The notes under the pieces: generated by a model
Told to the model about the DNA's origin: nothing
The model's database searches: none
What the model saw: the letters and a program-made list of their open reading frames with translations, nothing else
Shown: positions 11,301-20,052 of the stretch, piece after piece
Layout: the number at the start of each line of letters is the position of its first letter
Numbering within the stretch: position 1 is the first letter of the stretch
Source: a virus
Strand: one strand, 5' to 3'
DNA length: 44,968 nt
IMG/VR virus record: IMGVR_UViG_3300031881_000087
Coordinates: 1-44,968 of that record
Position numbers and translations under genes: made by a program

Positions 11301-11968
11301 TCGACGCCGATTACCATGTGAGCGCGTCGTGACAGAGCCGCTGCGTCGGCTGCATCGGCAGGGTTGTCCGAGATGACATCGCCGATCCAAAATGGAAACC
11401 CGACCGCAGGGGTATTCGGTCCAGCCGCAAACAAGACGCCAGGATCTGGCGTGAGAACGATCACCGCCTGTCCACTTCCATCGCGCTCCCAGCTCGTCAT
11501 CTTGCTGATGACGGAATGGGTAGCGGTGAGGTCCATGATCGGCTCTACGCGGATCCCCGATTCACCAAGGATCAGATGCCTGTCACGGACTCGTCCGATC
11601 CAGTGGACGTGCTTTGGTTCAGCCCAGACGTACTCCTCATCGACAACTCCGATCGTGGCTGGAGCTCCAACCGTCGGGGCCTCCGTGTCGAAAGGCACGC
11701 GCTCACGAAGCACGTTCGTCTGAGTTGTAGCGCCGGCAACTGGACGCCGGCTATCGCTCACCAGGGTCTTGTAACCATCGGCGCCAACGGCCCCATCGGC
11801 AGGGTTCAAGATGCACTTCCATCCTGGGAAGGTGCGGATTTCTCGGCCTGACACGTAACCGCCCTCGATCAGCGTGAAGTCTCGGCGGTTGCCCTCCTCA
11901 GTGCTAACGCCCTGCTCTCCGTTCCATGCAGGACCACGCCATGGCATCAGTGAGATGTTGTAGTCCAT
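8390..11968 (-). CDS. Large tail (nozzle / tail tubular B-like) protein
   Basis: 1192-aa ORF directly downstream of the adaptor-like gene, sharing 1 nt with it. Size and position match podovirus nozzle proteins. I recognised no catalytic motif. Confidence 0.5.
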   Translation of the reverse strand: MDYNISLMPWRGPAWNGEQGVSTEEGNRRDFTLIEGGYVSGREIRTFPGWKCILNPADGAVGADGYKTLVSDSRRPVAGATTQTNVLRERVPFDTEAPTVGAPATIGVVDEEYVWAEPKHVHWIGRVRDRHLILGESGIRVEPIMDLTATHSVISKMTSWERDGSGQAVIVLTPDPGVLFAAGPNTPAVGFPFWIGDVISDNPADAADAAALSRRAHMVIGVDAATRKVTLETLVAAASVGVMSVDVGRCRGNNSGDFGTAGRMEYGEIGNNSVLDDDSITAYWIEDAFNLDGDPVQKVYPSYVANRQRDYGDKSFGAGILTRVEGHRPAVFATSYPANNRIYGVPRRRTLSAPYRFVPQVAGDRILFAVPGYGCLFQVPCVIPAASSVSLPRVGAAVGYNTPEARPRSLGVPKAILGAPNQTDGTGLVSVRADLLGFAPGAVSGDFKIACAYRDEATGEVGQLSEPWEFSRAVGAGNSLNISVMVMHPGYALCETMALSIMIYMTKNGENALQHVATVQANDNAALFSGPNVYDVNASASSEYGLDPTTGASASIQMFWIYPLPAALASTPALYNPDVELPEFRSMPRGASWLKVVRGVRISGGHIGDTGSRQELLSGSGSDMYDGSAGEHNNPKEFTIRRTTVQGAWREEWGFVGSRTIPSSYGGCQIWGQSLWPFPFEIATLERLVNAHAIGASLIDAAPAGSGQLRHHIRWRITENPHRWDGQRVESFKNAWLILPRGQIQIGEPGLPSVQLSYGLQIVDANKDEETVAGGEFRGVALIMTQQQTYTLSWNQGPAGSFPILASSQFGCIAPNAVVEHDNATLWISDRGPCEFNGQVGWAGYLLEKWFRGSTARFQRDSRGMMRHSWAHYDESRGLVYIGVLESKSVAITYQGASKTWDTATDKAKSRFPCDTVLCLSTANGAWSEWKPPAGLEILGMTSALCSDGRSRPAFLAADKRAYVLDDHFGEDNQEPAVCPVTLAGQDTTTVHIDGVLGSGLYVGTANTNRGGNGSYLRVGMRVCIYDPTTGQLYHDATLASFASVTIELDTPGSWPAGSRVAIGCRTMRIETAFVDPKGNSNATLDAVGLKFQLASRICNGLPSALALPAWVKATIVRQSHQSGRHGDASRKRESSMHKAAFGDFLGFTEESPIGRTARLNGGRVEGISFQVKLELFGPAQVLLQDMKLEVG

Positions 11969-13695
11969 CAGTTCTGCCAGGGATAAAATGGGTTTCCGAA
12001 CTGACCAAGGAATCCGTTGTTGCCCATGCGGCGCCGGCCTCCATTCAGACGCTGACGACGCTGGCGGTCCACCTTGTTGGCATGGATCGAAACTAGTCCG
12101 AGCAGGCGTGCCTCCTCGACGCGCAGCTTGCTTTCCAACGTCGCGTTGCCAGCAGACACCGTGACTCGGCGAGCAGCAGCAATCTTCACCGCCTCGATGT
12201 ACTCGGCTGGAATCAGCGGCTTCTCGTCGTCAGCCATCATCTTGTTCGGCACGTACATGTGGTGCAGGTCCACAAGCTCTTGCACGTAGTTCAGCGTGAT
12301 GATCTGCACTCGCCCGCCATCAGCGTGCCCAACCATGCTCCAGTCGTAGGTCGTCCATGGCGCGGTCGCTGGACGGATCTCGAGGAGGCGTGTCACAACG
12401 CGCGGCAACGCAACTGGTGTCAGGGGATTGGAGACGAGCGTGATGCGGTTGATCTGCCGCAGCCACCAGCAGGTATCGGCGACATAGTTGATCAGGTCCA
12501 GGTATGCCTCGTTGATCGCCTCTGTGATCACCTCATCGCTCTGCCCTGTGTCTGCGGTGTTCCGTTCCGTGACACGGCGAACCTGCGCGCGAAGCTCGGC
12601 GAGCGTAGGAACGTTGTCCATCGGCAGCGAAATGGACGTGCGAGCGCGGATCGCCAAGAGCGCTGCGAAGTCAGCATTGGCCAGGCTGATGATTCCCAGC
12701 GTTCCGTAGTGGGGATCGTTGGTCGTCAGCTTCTGGAACGAGTTCGTGTCATAGGTTGCGAAGTAGGGGTCGTCAGCCTGCCGACTATCCAGAACGGCAT
12801 TGATCACCGCGGCGTTGGATGATCCCCATGGGTGGTCGGTGATCTTGGCCCACACAAACGGGGTCTGCGCTTCCGATGCAATGGCGATCCCGAGCGAGTA
12901 GATCAGCGATCGAACCCAGTCGATGAAGGCTGGACAGTTGGTGCCCCACATCTCGCGCATGTACGTCGAGATCGCATCCGTCTCTCCCTGCTTCATCGTG
13001 ACAAGGATGATCTTGAGCGTGTTCCCTTCTGCCTCGGTTGCGATCTTCGCCGCAGTGAGAACCTTGACGAGGCGCGCAGCCAGAGCGTCCTGGTCAGATG
13101 GTGACCAGTTCGTATGCAGGCGTCCGTCGAACCATCCCCATTTCCCGAACGAGGCATAGAGGGCGTTCGTTTCCTGCTGCTGTAGGGATGTCGATGCGAC
13201 GGCGCACTGGATCACGTTCACACGCTTCTTGAGCCATCCCTGCATCCTTCTGGCGAGATCGACAACGCTGTTGACAGTTCCTGGGTAGGAAGGGATCACT
13301 ACGCCGGCACCGTCGTCGTAGATCGGGCCGTGCGGGACGCAGAAGTGATTCGGATACTTGAACCCGACCGGGGCCTGGTTCGAGAGCCGCGGGACCGCAG
13401 TGTTGGTCCCCTCGAGTACTGTCCACGGAAGCCACATGCAGTACGACGAGTAGTCGTAGCTGGCGAATGGCGCTGGAGCTGGTCCAGCCGGAAGAGTTCC
13501 TGGAAGCGATGGCGGGTTGTAGAACGTCAGGAACCGAATCGTCTCGATCGCATACCCGTAGTACACCCCTAGCAGGGGATCCGGGGTCAGCGTAGAGAAG
13601 TTCATCTCAGGGATCAGCGCCAGATACTCACTGAGCGGCGCCGTCGGCTCGGCATTGCTCTGGCCGAGAGAGAGGATTGCGTATTCGATGCCCAT
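11968..13695 (-). CDS. Fusion protein: N-terminal SASA/SGNH-type carbohydrate O-acetylesterase-like domain plus C-terminal head-tail adaptor-like domain
   Basis: The N-terminus reads ILSLGQSNAEP (GQSN nucleophile block). A later MKQGETDA matches the QGE(S/T)D block, and NDPHY is a possible D..H block. The C-terminal ~200 aa sit in the gp11/adaptor position. Confidence 0.55.
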   Translation of the reverse strand: MGIEYAILSLGQSNAEPTAPLSEYLALIPEMNFSTLTPDPLLGVYYGYAIETIRFLTFYNPPSLPGTLPAGPAPAPFASYDYSSYCMWLPWTVLEGTNTAVPRLSNQAPVGFKYPNHFCVPHGPIYDDGAGVVIPSYPGTVNSVVDLARRMQGWLKKRVNVIQCAVASTSLQQQETNALYASFGKWGWFDGRLHTNWSPSDQDALAARLVKVLTAAKIATEAEGNTLKIILVTMKQGETDAISTYMREMWGTNCPAFIDWVRSLIYSLGIAIASEAQTPFVWAKITDHPWGSSNAAVINAVLDSRQADDPYFATYDTNSFQKLTTNDPHYGTLGIISLANADFAALLAIRARTSISLPMDNVPTLAELRAQVRRVTERNTADTGQSDEVITEAINEAYLDLINYVADTCWWLRQINRITLVSNPLTPVALPRVVTRLLEIRPATAPWTTYDWSMVGHADGGRVQIITLNYVQELVDLHHMYVPNKMMADDEKPLIPAEYIEAVKIAAARRVTVSAGNATLESKLRVEEARLLGLVSIHANKVDRQRRQRLNGGRRRMGNNGFLGQFGNPFYPWQN

Positions 13696-14120
13696 CAGGA
13701 AGTTCCCCAGTACAGGCCCTCACGCTGCATCAGCTCCTTGGCCTTTTGCAGGTAGTCCTGGCCGTATTGACGCTTCAACGAAAACAGCAATGCGGAGGGG
13801 ATCGCGCCGACCCGCTGCGGGTTGTCACGGCCCTTCAGGCTGATTTTGTTCTCGCGCTGGGCTCGGATGTCAGCCTGGCGCATTTGCTCGATCCTGGACC
13901 GAGTGTGGGCCTCCTGCTGGGCAACGTCTCGTCCCTGCGAATGGCCAACCATGTTGTAGTAGCCAAACTTCCCTGGATCGAGCGTGTGCCGTCGGTCGGC
14001 AACTACCACGTCAACGTGCTCGACAACCCCAATGGGATGGAGCTGGTGCCCGTGACACGTCGCGGCCGATGGGCCGCTGACAGCCTTGTGACACAGACAG
14101 CACCAGAATCGCTCGACCAT
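13695..14120 (-). CDS. Hypothetical protein with N-terminal Cys/His cluster
   Basis: 141-aa ORF between the capsid and adaptor genes. It carries CCLCH...CHGH near the N-terminus. Its start codon lies inside a hairpin and no SD is seen, so the start is uncertain. Confidence 0.45.
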   Translation of the reverse strand: MVERFWCCLCHKAVSGPSAATCHGHQLHPIGVVEHVDVVVADRRHTLDPGKFGYYNMVGHSQGRDVAQQEAHTRSRIEQMRQADIRAQRENKISLKGRDNPQRVGAIPSALLFSLKRQYGQDYLQKAKELMQREGLYWGTS

Positions 14121-14141
14121 GGGTGGCGATGCTACCCATGG
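14117..14141 (-). terminator. Hairpin downstream of the capsid gene (8-bp stem ccatgggt/acccatgg, 9-nt loop)
   Basis: Read directly. It lies 19 nt after the capsid stop and has no U-tract. Its 3' arm on the mRNA contains the ATG of the next ORF. Confidence 0.3.
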
Positions 14142-14159
14142 TCGAGGCTAGGCGCTAGA

Positions 14160-15356
14160 TCACGGGACCAGGTTGGTCGCGCCGCAGATCCCGAACAGGT
14201 TCTGGCAGCTCAGACCCTTCTGGGCCACGAGCATGCCAAGTGCGTAGTCGCCGTCCGTCGAGAGCGGCTTGTACGACAGGCCCTGCATGGTCTGGATCTT
14301 GAACTTCGACGGCATCACCGACAGGATCGTCTCATCGACGTAGACCGTGCCGTTGTTGGCCGCCGAGATCGTGCCACGGAGGTTGTCCGAGGCGGCCTCG
14401 GTCGTCGGCCGGGCGAACGTGGTGTTGTCGTAGACGATCGACGCCCCCTCGATGCCGAGGTAGCGGTCGGGCACCAGGAACAGCGTCCCGTTCGCAGGGG
14501 TCGTGATGACCGTCACGATGTCCTCGATCGCCTGGTCGCGGGCGGGGATCTCGCGCTCGTTGATGACGCCACGGCCCGGCACGAAGTTGAAGTCCGCGAA
14601 GGAGTTCATCATCTTCGGACCGCACATCAGCATCGCGCCATCGCTGTCATGGCCAAGCGTCCAGGCCGGGCCGATGATCTGGTTGTAGAGCAGGTCGCGG
14701 CTGAGTGGGGTGCCACCAGCGTTGTAGAAGCTCGTCCAGTAGGTCTTCTTGATGCCCTGAAGACCATCGCCAACCACGGTCGGGACCGCGCTGGTGGCGT
14801 GGCGCCGCTCGAGGCCGGTCCAGGCCGCCCAGGAGATGAGGCCCTGCGTGCGGGGCTTTGGACCGGCAGGCGTGCCGGCCGCGCCCGTCAGATCCTCGGT
14901 GCCCTGCGAGAAGTGCAGGATGCGCTCCCAGATGTCCATGTGGCGCACCAGGAGGTTGTCGAGGCCGTAGTCGGCGGCATCGGTGACGCCGTACAGCTTG
15001 ATCTGCTGCGACTCGCGTGACACGGCCAGGCCCTCGTGGAAGGTCTGGAGCCGCGTGAACAAGCGATCCGGGTACTTGGCCGCAGCAACCGTGGTCGCCT
15101 GGCCAGCCTGGAGCGCGAAGTTCGTCAGCGTCGTCGCCGATGCGCTGCGGTCGATGTCGTGGTAGTCGATCATCTCGGTCGGCTTGACGGAATCCGTCAT
15201 GGGCTGATCGAAGATCGCATGCATCACGGCAACAGCCGGGTGCATGTTGTTGAGCATGTCGTGAACGGACTCAGCTTCGGCGCCTGCGCCAGAGTTGGCG
15301 AAGCCACCGACGCTGGCGGAGCCAGTGCGAAGGTATTGGTTGGATGGTGCGGTCAT
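14160..15356 (-). CDS. Major capsid protein
   Basis: 398-aa ORF overlapping the scaffold-like gene by 4 nt. Length, composition and position fit an HK97-fold capsid protein. From memory it resembles the SU10/DUF5309-type capsid family. Confidence 0.7.
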   Translation of the reverse strand: MTAPSNQYLRTGSASVGGFANSGAGAEAESVHDMLNNMHPAVAVMHAIFDQPMTDSVKPTEMIDYHDIDRSASATTLTNFALQAGQATTVAAAKYPDRLFTRLQTFHEGLAVSRESQQIKLYGVTDAADYGLDNLLVRHMDIWERILHFSQGTEDLTGAAGTPAGPKPRTQGLISWAAWTGLERRHATSAVPTVVGDGLQGIKKTYWTSFYNAGGTPLSRDLLYNQIIGPAWTLGHDSDGAMLMCGPKMMNSFADFNFVPGRGVINEREIPARDQAIEDIVTVITTPANGTLFLVPDRYLGIEGASIVYDNTTFARPTTEAASDNLRGTISAANNGTVYVDETILSVMPSKFKIQTMQGLSYKPLSTDGDYALGMLVAQKGLSCQNLFGICGATNLVP

Positions 15357-15964
15357 TTCTTCTCGAACTGCGCCCGTGCTTGACCCTGGATGATCTCCGA
15401 GGCGAACTTCAGCGCGAGACTTTGCCGGCTGTGCAAGTTGCCGCGGGCTGCCGCGAGCTTGTCTGCACGAGTCGGTTCAGGCTGGGGCTTCGGTCGCCCC
15501 GAGGATGGAGGAGCCGCGTGGTGGGCTTTTGGATCGAACCCGCGGACATCCTTCCCAAACGCTGCCGGGTTGCGCAAGCGCGCCAGAGCCAGTGCATCGG
15601 ACAGGTCGTTGCCCTTCTGCATGTAACTGCGAACCAGCGAGGCTGCATCCTCGCTGACGTGCAGATTCGCCATGATCTCGAGACGAGCAGTGCGCTCATG
15701 ATCGACAGATGGCGTGCTCTGACGAGTCTGCTCACCTTGCGGCGATTGGGACTCGGGCTCCTCGCTCTCGGCTGCCTCTGGGGCCTCCGGCTCAGGAGGG
15801 GGAGGAGGCTTCTGCTTTTCGGCTGCAAGTTGCGTCCGAAGCGTGGCCAGCTCTGCCTCCGCGGCCTTCATGCGCTCGTTGACAGCGTTGAAGCGGGGAA
15901 GTGGGATGGAGCCTTTCGGCTCCTGCTGCGCAACTGGCGGCGTTGCTTCTGGTTGATCGCCCAT
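15353..15964 (-). CDS. Scaffolding protein
   Basis: 203-aa protein rich in Ala, Glu and Pro, predicted helical, lying immediately upstream of the capsid gene. Confidence 0.55.
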   Translation of the reverse strand: MGDQPEATPPVAQQEPKGSIPLPRFNAVNERMKAAEAELATLRTQLAAEKQKPPPPPEPEAPEAAESEEPESQSPQGEQTRQSTPSVDHERTARLEIMANLHVSEDAASLVRSYMQKGNDLSDALALARLRNPAAFGKDVRGFDPKAHHAAPPSSGRPKPQPEPTRADKLAAARGNLHSRQSLALKFASEIIQGQARAQFEKK

Positions 15965-16054
15965 AGTGTTTGTTCGAGCCTAACGTGCCTCGTCACGAGT
16001 TCGCGCGGGGGCGTTCTGTCAGGTGCGCGACCCTGACAGGCTGTGTCAGCCGGC

Positions 16055-16210
16055 TTACTTGCCGGCTTGCTTGCTACCGGCGCGGGTCGATCCGCTGTGT
16101 ACCGGCTGCAAGTTCTGCCCCTTCGGGCTCGCGGTCTTGCCACTGGTCACCGATGCGAGCGTCGCATCGCGCTGACCCTTGGTCTGCTGGGCTGGTCCCT
16201 TGGTCTTCAT
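16055..16210 (-). CDS. Small basic Lys/Gly/Gln-rich protein (51 aa)
   Basis: Hand-translated as MKTKGPAQQTKGQRD...KQAGK. It has an ATGA start/stop overlap with the upstream gene. It is below the ORF-track size cutoff. Confidence 0.4.
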   Translation of the reverse strand: MKTKGPAQQTKGQRDATLASVTSGKTASPKGQNLQPVHSGSTRAGSKQAGK

Positions 16211-16578
16211 GGGTTCTCCTGAACTTGGTTGCGGAATAGACCTGCATCTTGCATCTCTTCCACCGTCTTTTGCAAGCCCCTTGCCTCTGCTTCCAGGGCA
16301 GCAAGAAGCGCAGGATTGGCGCTGTTGACCGCTCGTAGCGTCGAGAGGGTCTGAATGACGCCTCGCTCGAAGCTAACGTCACAGTCCATGTTTGTGGCCA
16401 GGATCTCCAGGTGCGAGGCCCGGTGACGCTCGATGGTTTCCCGGTACATCTTCCAGCCCTCGTCCTCCGCAAGGCGGATCGCAACCTTGACGTGTGCGAT
16501 CTGGAGGAGTTTGTCAGCCAGGATCAATCGAGGATCGCGGCGGACCTGGCGTCGCGTGTCAACTTCCATTGTTGGCAT
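16207..16578 (-). CDS. Hypothetical protein between portal and scaffold
   Basis: 123-aa ORF packed between the portal and the small basic gene. Confidence 0.5.
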   Translation of the reverse strand: MPTMEVDTRRQVRRDPRLILADKLLQIAHVKVAIRLAEDEGWKMYRETIERHRASHLEILATNMDCDVSFERGVIQTLSTLRAVNSANPALLAALEAEARGLQKTVEEMQDAGLFRNQVQENP

Positions 16579-18790
16579 CCGTGATCGGCCCCTGACGACC
16601 GGACTTGGCTACCTGCTGATTGGTGCCGTCGCCGTTGGTTTTCCTGGTGCCGCGCTCGAGTCCACCAGCCGGAGGAGCCTCCTGTGCAGCGGGCCCCTTG
16701 GCAAGCGCCTGCATAGCCGCCTGCCTCTCCATGGCCTTCTGCTGTGCAGCCTTGCGCATCTTCTGTTCGTGGTGACCCTTGTAGTGCTCGAACGCCGCCT
16801 TGCGGGCTGGCTCTGGATTGTTCTCGTCCTCGACAAAGGCGCGGATCCCATCCTCTTCCATGATCGCAAGGTGCGCGTCATCGTCGTCGAGCGGATGGAC
16901 TGGAACGCGCTGGCCAACAACCAGTTTGCGGTTCTCGAGGCGCTGGTCTGACATCGAGTCGAAGTCCTGCGGATCACGTAGGATCTCGTCCTCGCTGTCC
17001 TCACCGACCACGGCCTGATAGACCTGCTTGGTCAGCTCGGCCATGTTGAACATCTGCGGGTTCTCCTGGATCATCGGACCCATGACCTGGAGGAAGGTCA
17101 GCAGGTTGGTGCCACGCAGGCCGTATGCCTGAATCCGCGTCACGCCGTAGAACGTGAAGTCCACCGGACCAAGCAGCTCGCTCGGGCTCATGGTGTACTC
17201 GTTCGTCCCGAGCAGCTTCGCCCAGCGCGTGTTGAGCACGCGGAACTTGGTCTTGTCGGTCATGAACTGCTGATTGTTCGCGTGCATGATCATCAGCAGC
17301 GATGTCATGCCGTCGTCAACCGAGCGGATCAGGCCGAGCAGCCGGCGGTTGCTTTCTTCGATCTTGCGGCGGACTTCCGTGGCTGTGCTGTCACCGCCGG
17401 CACCGCTCTCGCTTCCTTGCCACAGGCGCGTGACGCCAGTGATCTCCTCCATGTCACGCCGCATGATGGAGTCCATGAACGGCGCCGCGCCGAAGGTGTT
17501 TGGCACCGGGGCGAACGCGATCTCGCCAACGTCCTTGCCGATCCAGCCAGGCGGCATGTCGAACATGCTGTTGGGTAGATCGACGGCTGGACCCTTGGTG
17601 AATGCACGCGGCCCGATCGTCAGGTCCGCTGCCTCGTAGAGCGTGCCGCGGAAATGGTCGATCTCGTCCTGCACGCGGAGCGCTGGGTCGTAAAGGCCAA
17701 CGTCGAAGAACTCGAATCCGTTGTCGGAGTAGCGAGCGACGGCATATGGCAGGTGCTTGTCGTCGTGGAAGTTCTCCTGGAGTCGTAGCACGACGCTGTT
17801 GTCATAGACGGTGATGACCGTCTTGCGCATGTCAGCGGGCTGCCCCATCGGAGCCCAATTGAACCAACACCACAGCTCGCCAAGCTCGCCAAACTGCGAG
17901 GTGCCCTTGGGCGTCTTCGAGTCCTCTGCGGTTGAGTTCTTGAGGCCGGACCTGGCCGCCGATGACTGTCGAGCGCGGATGTTGTTCTGCGCATCGGTCG
18001 AAGTGCGCTCAAGTAGCTTGTCGCGGTTCTTGTAGCGATCGTCGTCGATGATCTCGTGCAGTGGCGTGTCACGGATGTCGCCGATGTAGGCCAGGTCTTG
18101 CAAGTCCCACCGTTGCGCGTCCAGGATCAAGCGCGCCGGATCGACGAGGCGAATGCGGTTGCCGACGAAGGTGCATACGTCACGCCATTGGCGCTTGTGG
18201 ACCTCGACCGTCTTTCCATCCTTCACCACCGTTTCGATCCAGTGGTATGGGATGCGCTCCTTCTTGACCTCCCAGGTCACCTTCCAGCAGCCGACTTGGT
18301 ACTTGCAGATCGAGCTAACGAACGGCGCCATCAGCGTGCGGAAGCGGTTCTGGTCGAGCTGGAAGCTCAACTGTGCTGTCAGCGCCGTGTCGCGCATGCG
18401 GTCCATCCTGTCACGGCCCTTGGCCGCGAAGAATGACTGCCCGTTGCCGAAGAACGCCTCGACGATACGGGGGACGAGGGCGCGGTGAGCCTTCAGCAGC
18501 TCTGGGACGTGGACATCGCGGTTGCTGTTCTTGCGCAGCGAGTTGGCTCGAAACAGGTAGTCGATCCACAACCAGTTGTCACGGATGTTGGCTGTGTCGT
18601 TCTCCCACGTCGTCTTGGCGTCGAGGTAGAGTTGCAAAGCCCTGCCGGCCAGCTCCTCGTCATCGGCGAAGTTCTCGTATGGAACCTGCTGATCCTCCAG
18701 AACGTCAGCCTCGGCCGCGGTCAGGTCGGGCCATGCCTCGACATCAATGACCGTTTCGGTGACCGCCCCGCCGTCTGGAAGTGGCTTCAT
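16559..18790 (-). CDS. Portal (head-tail connector) protein
   Basis: 743-aa ORF upstream of the scaffold and capsid genes. Size and position are typical of podovirus portals. Confidence 0.7.
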   Translation of the reverse strand: MKPLPDGGAVTETVIDVEAWPDLTAAEADVLEDQQVPYENFADDEELAGRALQLYLDAKTTWENDTANIRDNWLWIDYLFRANSLRKNSNRDVHVPELLKAHRALVPRIVEAFFGNGQSFFAAKGRDRMDRMRDTALTAQLSFQLDQNRFRTLMAPFVSSICKYQVGCWKVTWEVKKERIPYHWIETVVKDGKTVEVHKRQWRDVCTFVGNRIRLVDPARLILDAQRWDLQDLAYIGDIRDTPLHEIIDDDRYKNRDKLLERTSTDAQNNIRARQSSAARSGLKNSTAEDSKTPKGTSQFGELGELWCWFNWAPMGQPADMRKTVITVYDNSVVLRLQENFHDDKHLPYAVARYSDNGFEFFDVGLYDPALRVQDEIDHFRGTLYEAADLTIGPRAFTKGPAVDLPNSMFDMPPGWIGKDVGEIAFAPVPNTFGAAPFMDSIMRRDMEEITGVTRLWQGSESGAGGDSTATEVRRKIEESNRRLLGLIRSVDDGMTSLLMIMHANNQQFMTDKTKFRVLNTRWAKLLGTNEYTMSPSELLGPVDFTFYGVTRIQAYGLRGTNLLTFLQVMGPMIQENPQMFNMAELTKQVYQAVVGEDSEDEILRDPQDFDSMSDQRLENRKLVVGQRVPVHPLDDDDAHLAIMEEDGIRAFVEDENNPEPARKAAFEHYKGHHEQKMRKAAQQKAMERQAAMQALAKGPAAQEAPPAGGLERGTRKTNGDGTNQQVAKSGRQGPITDANNGS

Positions 18791-18793
18791 GGA

Positions 18794-19342
18794 TTAGCCG
18801 TTGTACGCAGATCCGCCAGTGATCGGCGGAGCCCAGAGCTGCTTGTTTGCCGGAACAAACAACCCGTCGATCGAGAGCGACAGGTATCCAGTGCCTGCCG
18901 CAAACGCCGTGGCCAGGTTGACATCCGCGCCATCGGCCGCATTCCTGCACACGAGCATCAGGGATGCAGCCCGGTCAGCCGCTGGGACACCCTCGCGGCA
19001 AGGCGTTGGGATCCCTTGCGGGATCACGATGTCTTGAGCGATCACGGTCGTTGCCGGCAGGTACCATTGCCGGATCACTCGGCGAACTGCGGTAGCCCCT
19101 GGGTCTTCCACTGACACGAGCTTCAAGACCACGGCGATCGAAGCATAGGCCATGATGTGGATCGACGAGATCACCACACGATTGGCCTGCTCGTACACCC
19201 GGCCTGCTCCGTTGCCTGTGTCCATCTTCGGTAGGACCGGCGCCGTGACCAGGTTTGCGGTCGCTGCTGCCGGAGCAGTGTCAACCGCGTTGTAGTTGAG
19301 GCTCCTCGAGAAGTGGGAGCCAGCCGATCGCAGGTCGTTCAT
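18794..19342 (-). CDS. Beta-rich structural protein, third member of a local group
   Basis: The start was trimmed to the Met (MNDLRS) that shares 1 nt with the upstream stop (TGATG). The protein is rich in G, A, T, V and N. Confidence 0.45.
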   Translation of the reverse strand: MNDLRSAGSHFSRSLNYNAVDTAPAAATANLVTAPVLPKMDTGNGAGRVYEQANRVVISSIHIMAYASIAVVLKLVSVEDPGATAVRRVIRQWYLPATTVIAQDIVIPQGIPTPCREGVPAADRAASLMLVCRNAADGADVNLATAFAAGTGYLSLSIDGLFVPANKQLWAPPITGGSAYNG

Positions 19343-20052
19343 CAGACGGCCCCCGATGGCTGGATCTGGTAGTTGCTGATCGCTGACTTGTACCCCTGCG
19401 GCTCGTACCGCAGTTGCAGTGAGATCGAGAAGCTGGTCGGTTCGATGTAGACATCTGGACCAACCGTTCCCTGGCGCGTCAGGTAGCCGATGCCGGCAGA
19501 ATCTCCGAGCACGATCTCCACGTCCTTGTGCTGGTAGTTCACCGACAGGGGAACTGTCGCGCTCCGGCGCATACGCCATGAGGGAAGGATCGGATTGAAG
19601 CTACCCTGGTTGATCACCTCGAACTCGTCGAGGTTCGCAGGAGCTGTCGTGAAGGTTGCCGTTGTGATGGTGCCCGCGGCATTCGCGGAGATCAACCGAA
19701 CCTTGCCAGCGTTCACGCCAGTCTTGTAGCGAAGCAGCATGCCAACGTAGGCGTTCACAACGAGGCCGCCACCAGAGACGGAGCAGACTGTTGCGGATAC
19801 CCCGGTGTTCACGCCGGTCAGGGCAACAGGGCTCGAGTTCCCGTCAGCGTCAGCGATCATCAGTCCGACGTTGGCGATGTTCGTCGCGGTGCCGGTGCTG
19901 AGATACGCACTGAAGTTGGCGTGCTCGATGACGATGACCTGGCCTCGGCGAGGCTTGGCCAGCCAGCCATAGCCATTGACGGAGCGGATGACCTTCGGGC
20001 AGAAGTTGACGCGCTGCTTGTTCCAGTCGCGGTAAACGGCGATGTAGCTCAT
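19342..20052 (-). CDS. Beta-rich structural protein, short paralog of 20049..21212
   Basis: The start was trimmed to MSYIAVY (ATGA overlap). It shares the RRGQ.(I/V)VI block and the LV.NA.VGM...TG.....VR.I.AN...TIT....F..AP...D....IN block with the 387-aa neighbour. Confidence 0.5.
   Translation of the reverse strand: MSYIAVYRDWNKQRVNFCPKVIRSVNGYGWLAKPRRGQVIVIEHANFSAYLSTGTATNIANVGLMIADADGNSSPVALTGVNTGVSATVCSVSGGGLVVNAYVGMLLRYKTGVNAGKVRLISANAAGTITTATFTTAPANLDEFEVINQGSFNPILPSWRMRRSATVPLSVNYQHKDVEIVLGDSAGIGYLTRQGTVGPDVYIEPTSFSISLQLRYEPQGYKSAISNYQIQPSGAV

Noticed and set aside
13677-15020. Long ORFs antisense to or overlapping confident genes, for example 13677..15020(+), 6551..7384(+), 31755..32843(-), 36769..37674(-), 37613..38611(-), 39705..40316(-) and 41382..41894(-).
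   Set aside because: They are Arg/Pro/Gly/Ala-rich, lack SDs and lie opposite genes with clear family motifs (capsid, GroEL, exonuclease). These are typical shadow ORFs of GC-rich DNA.
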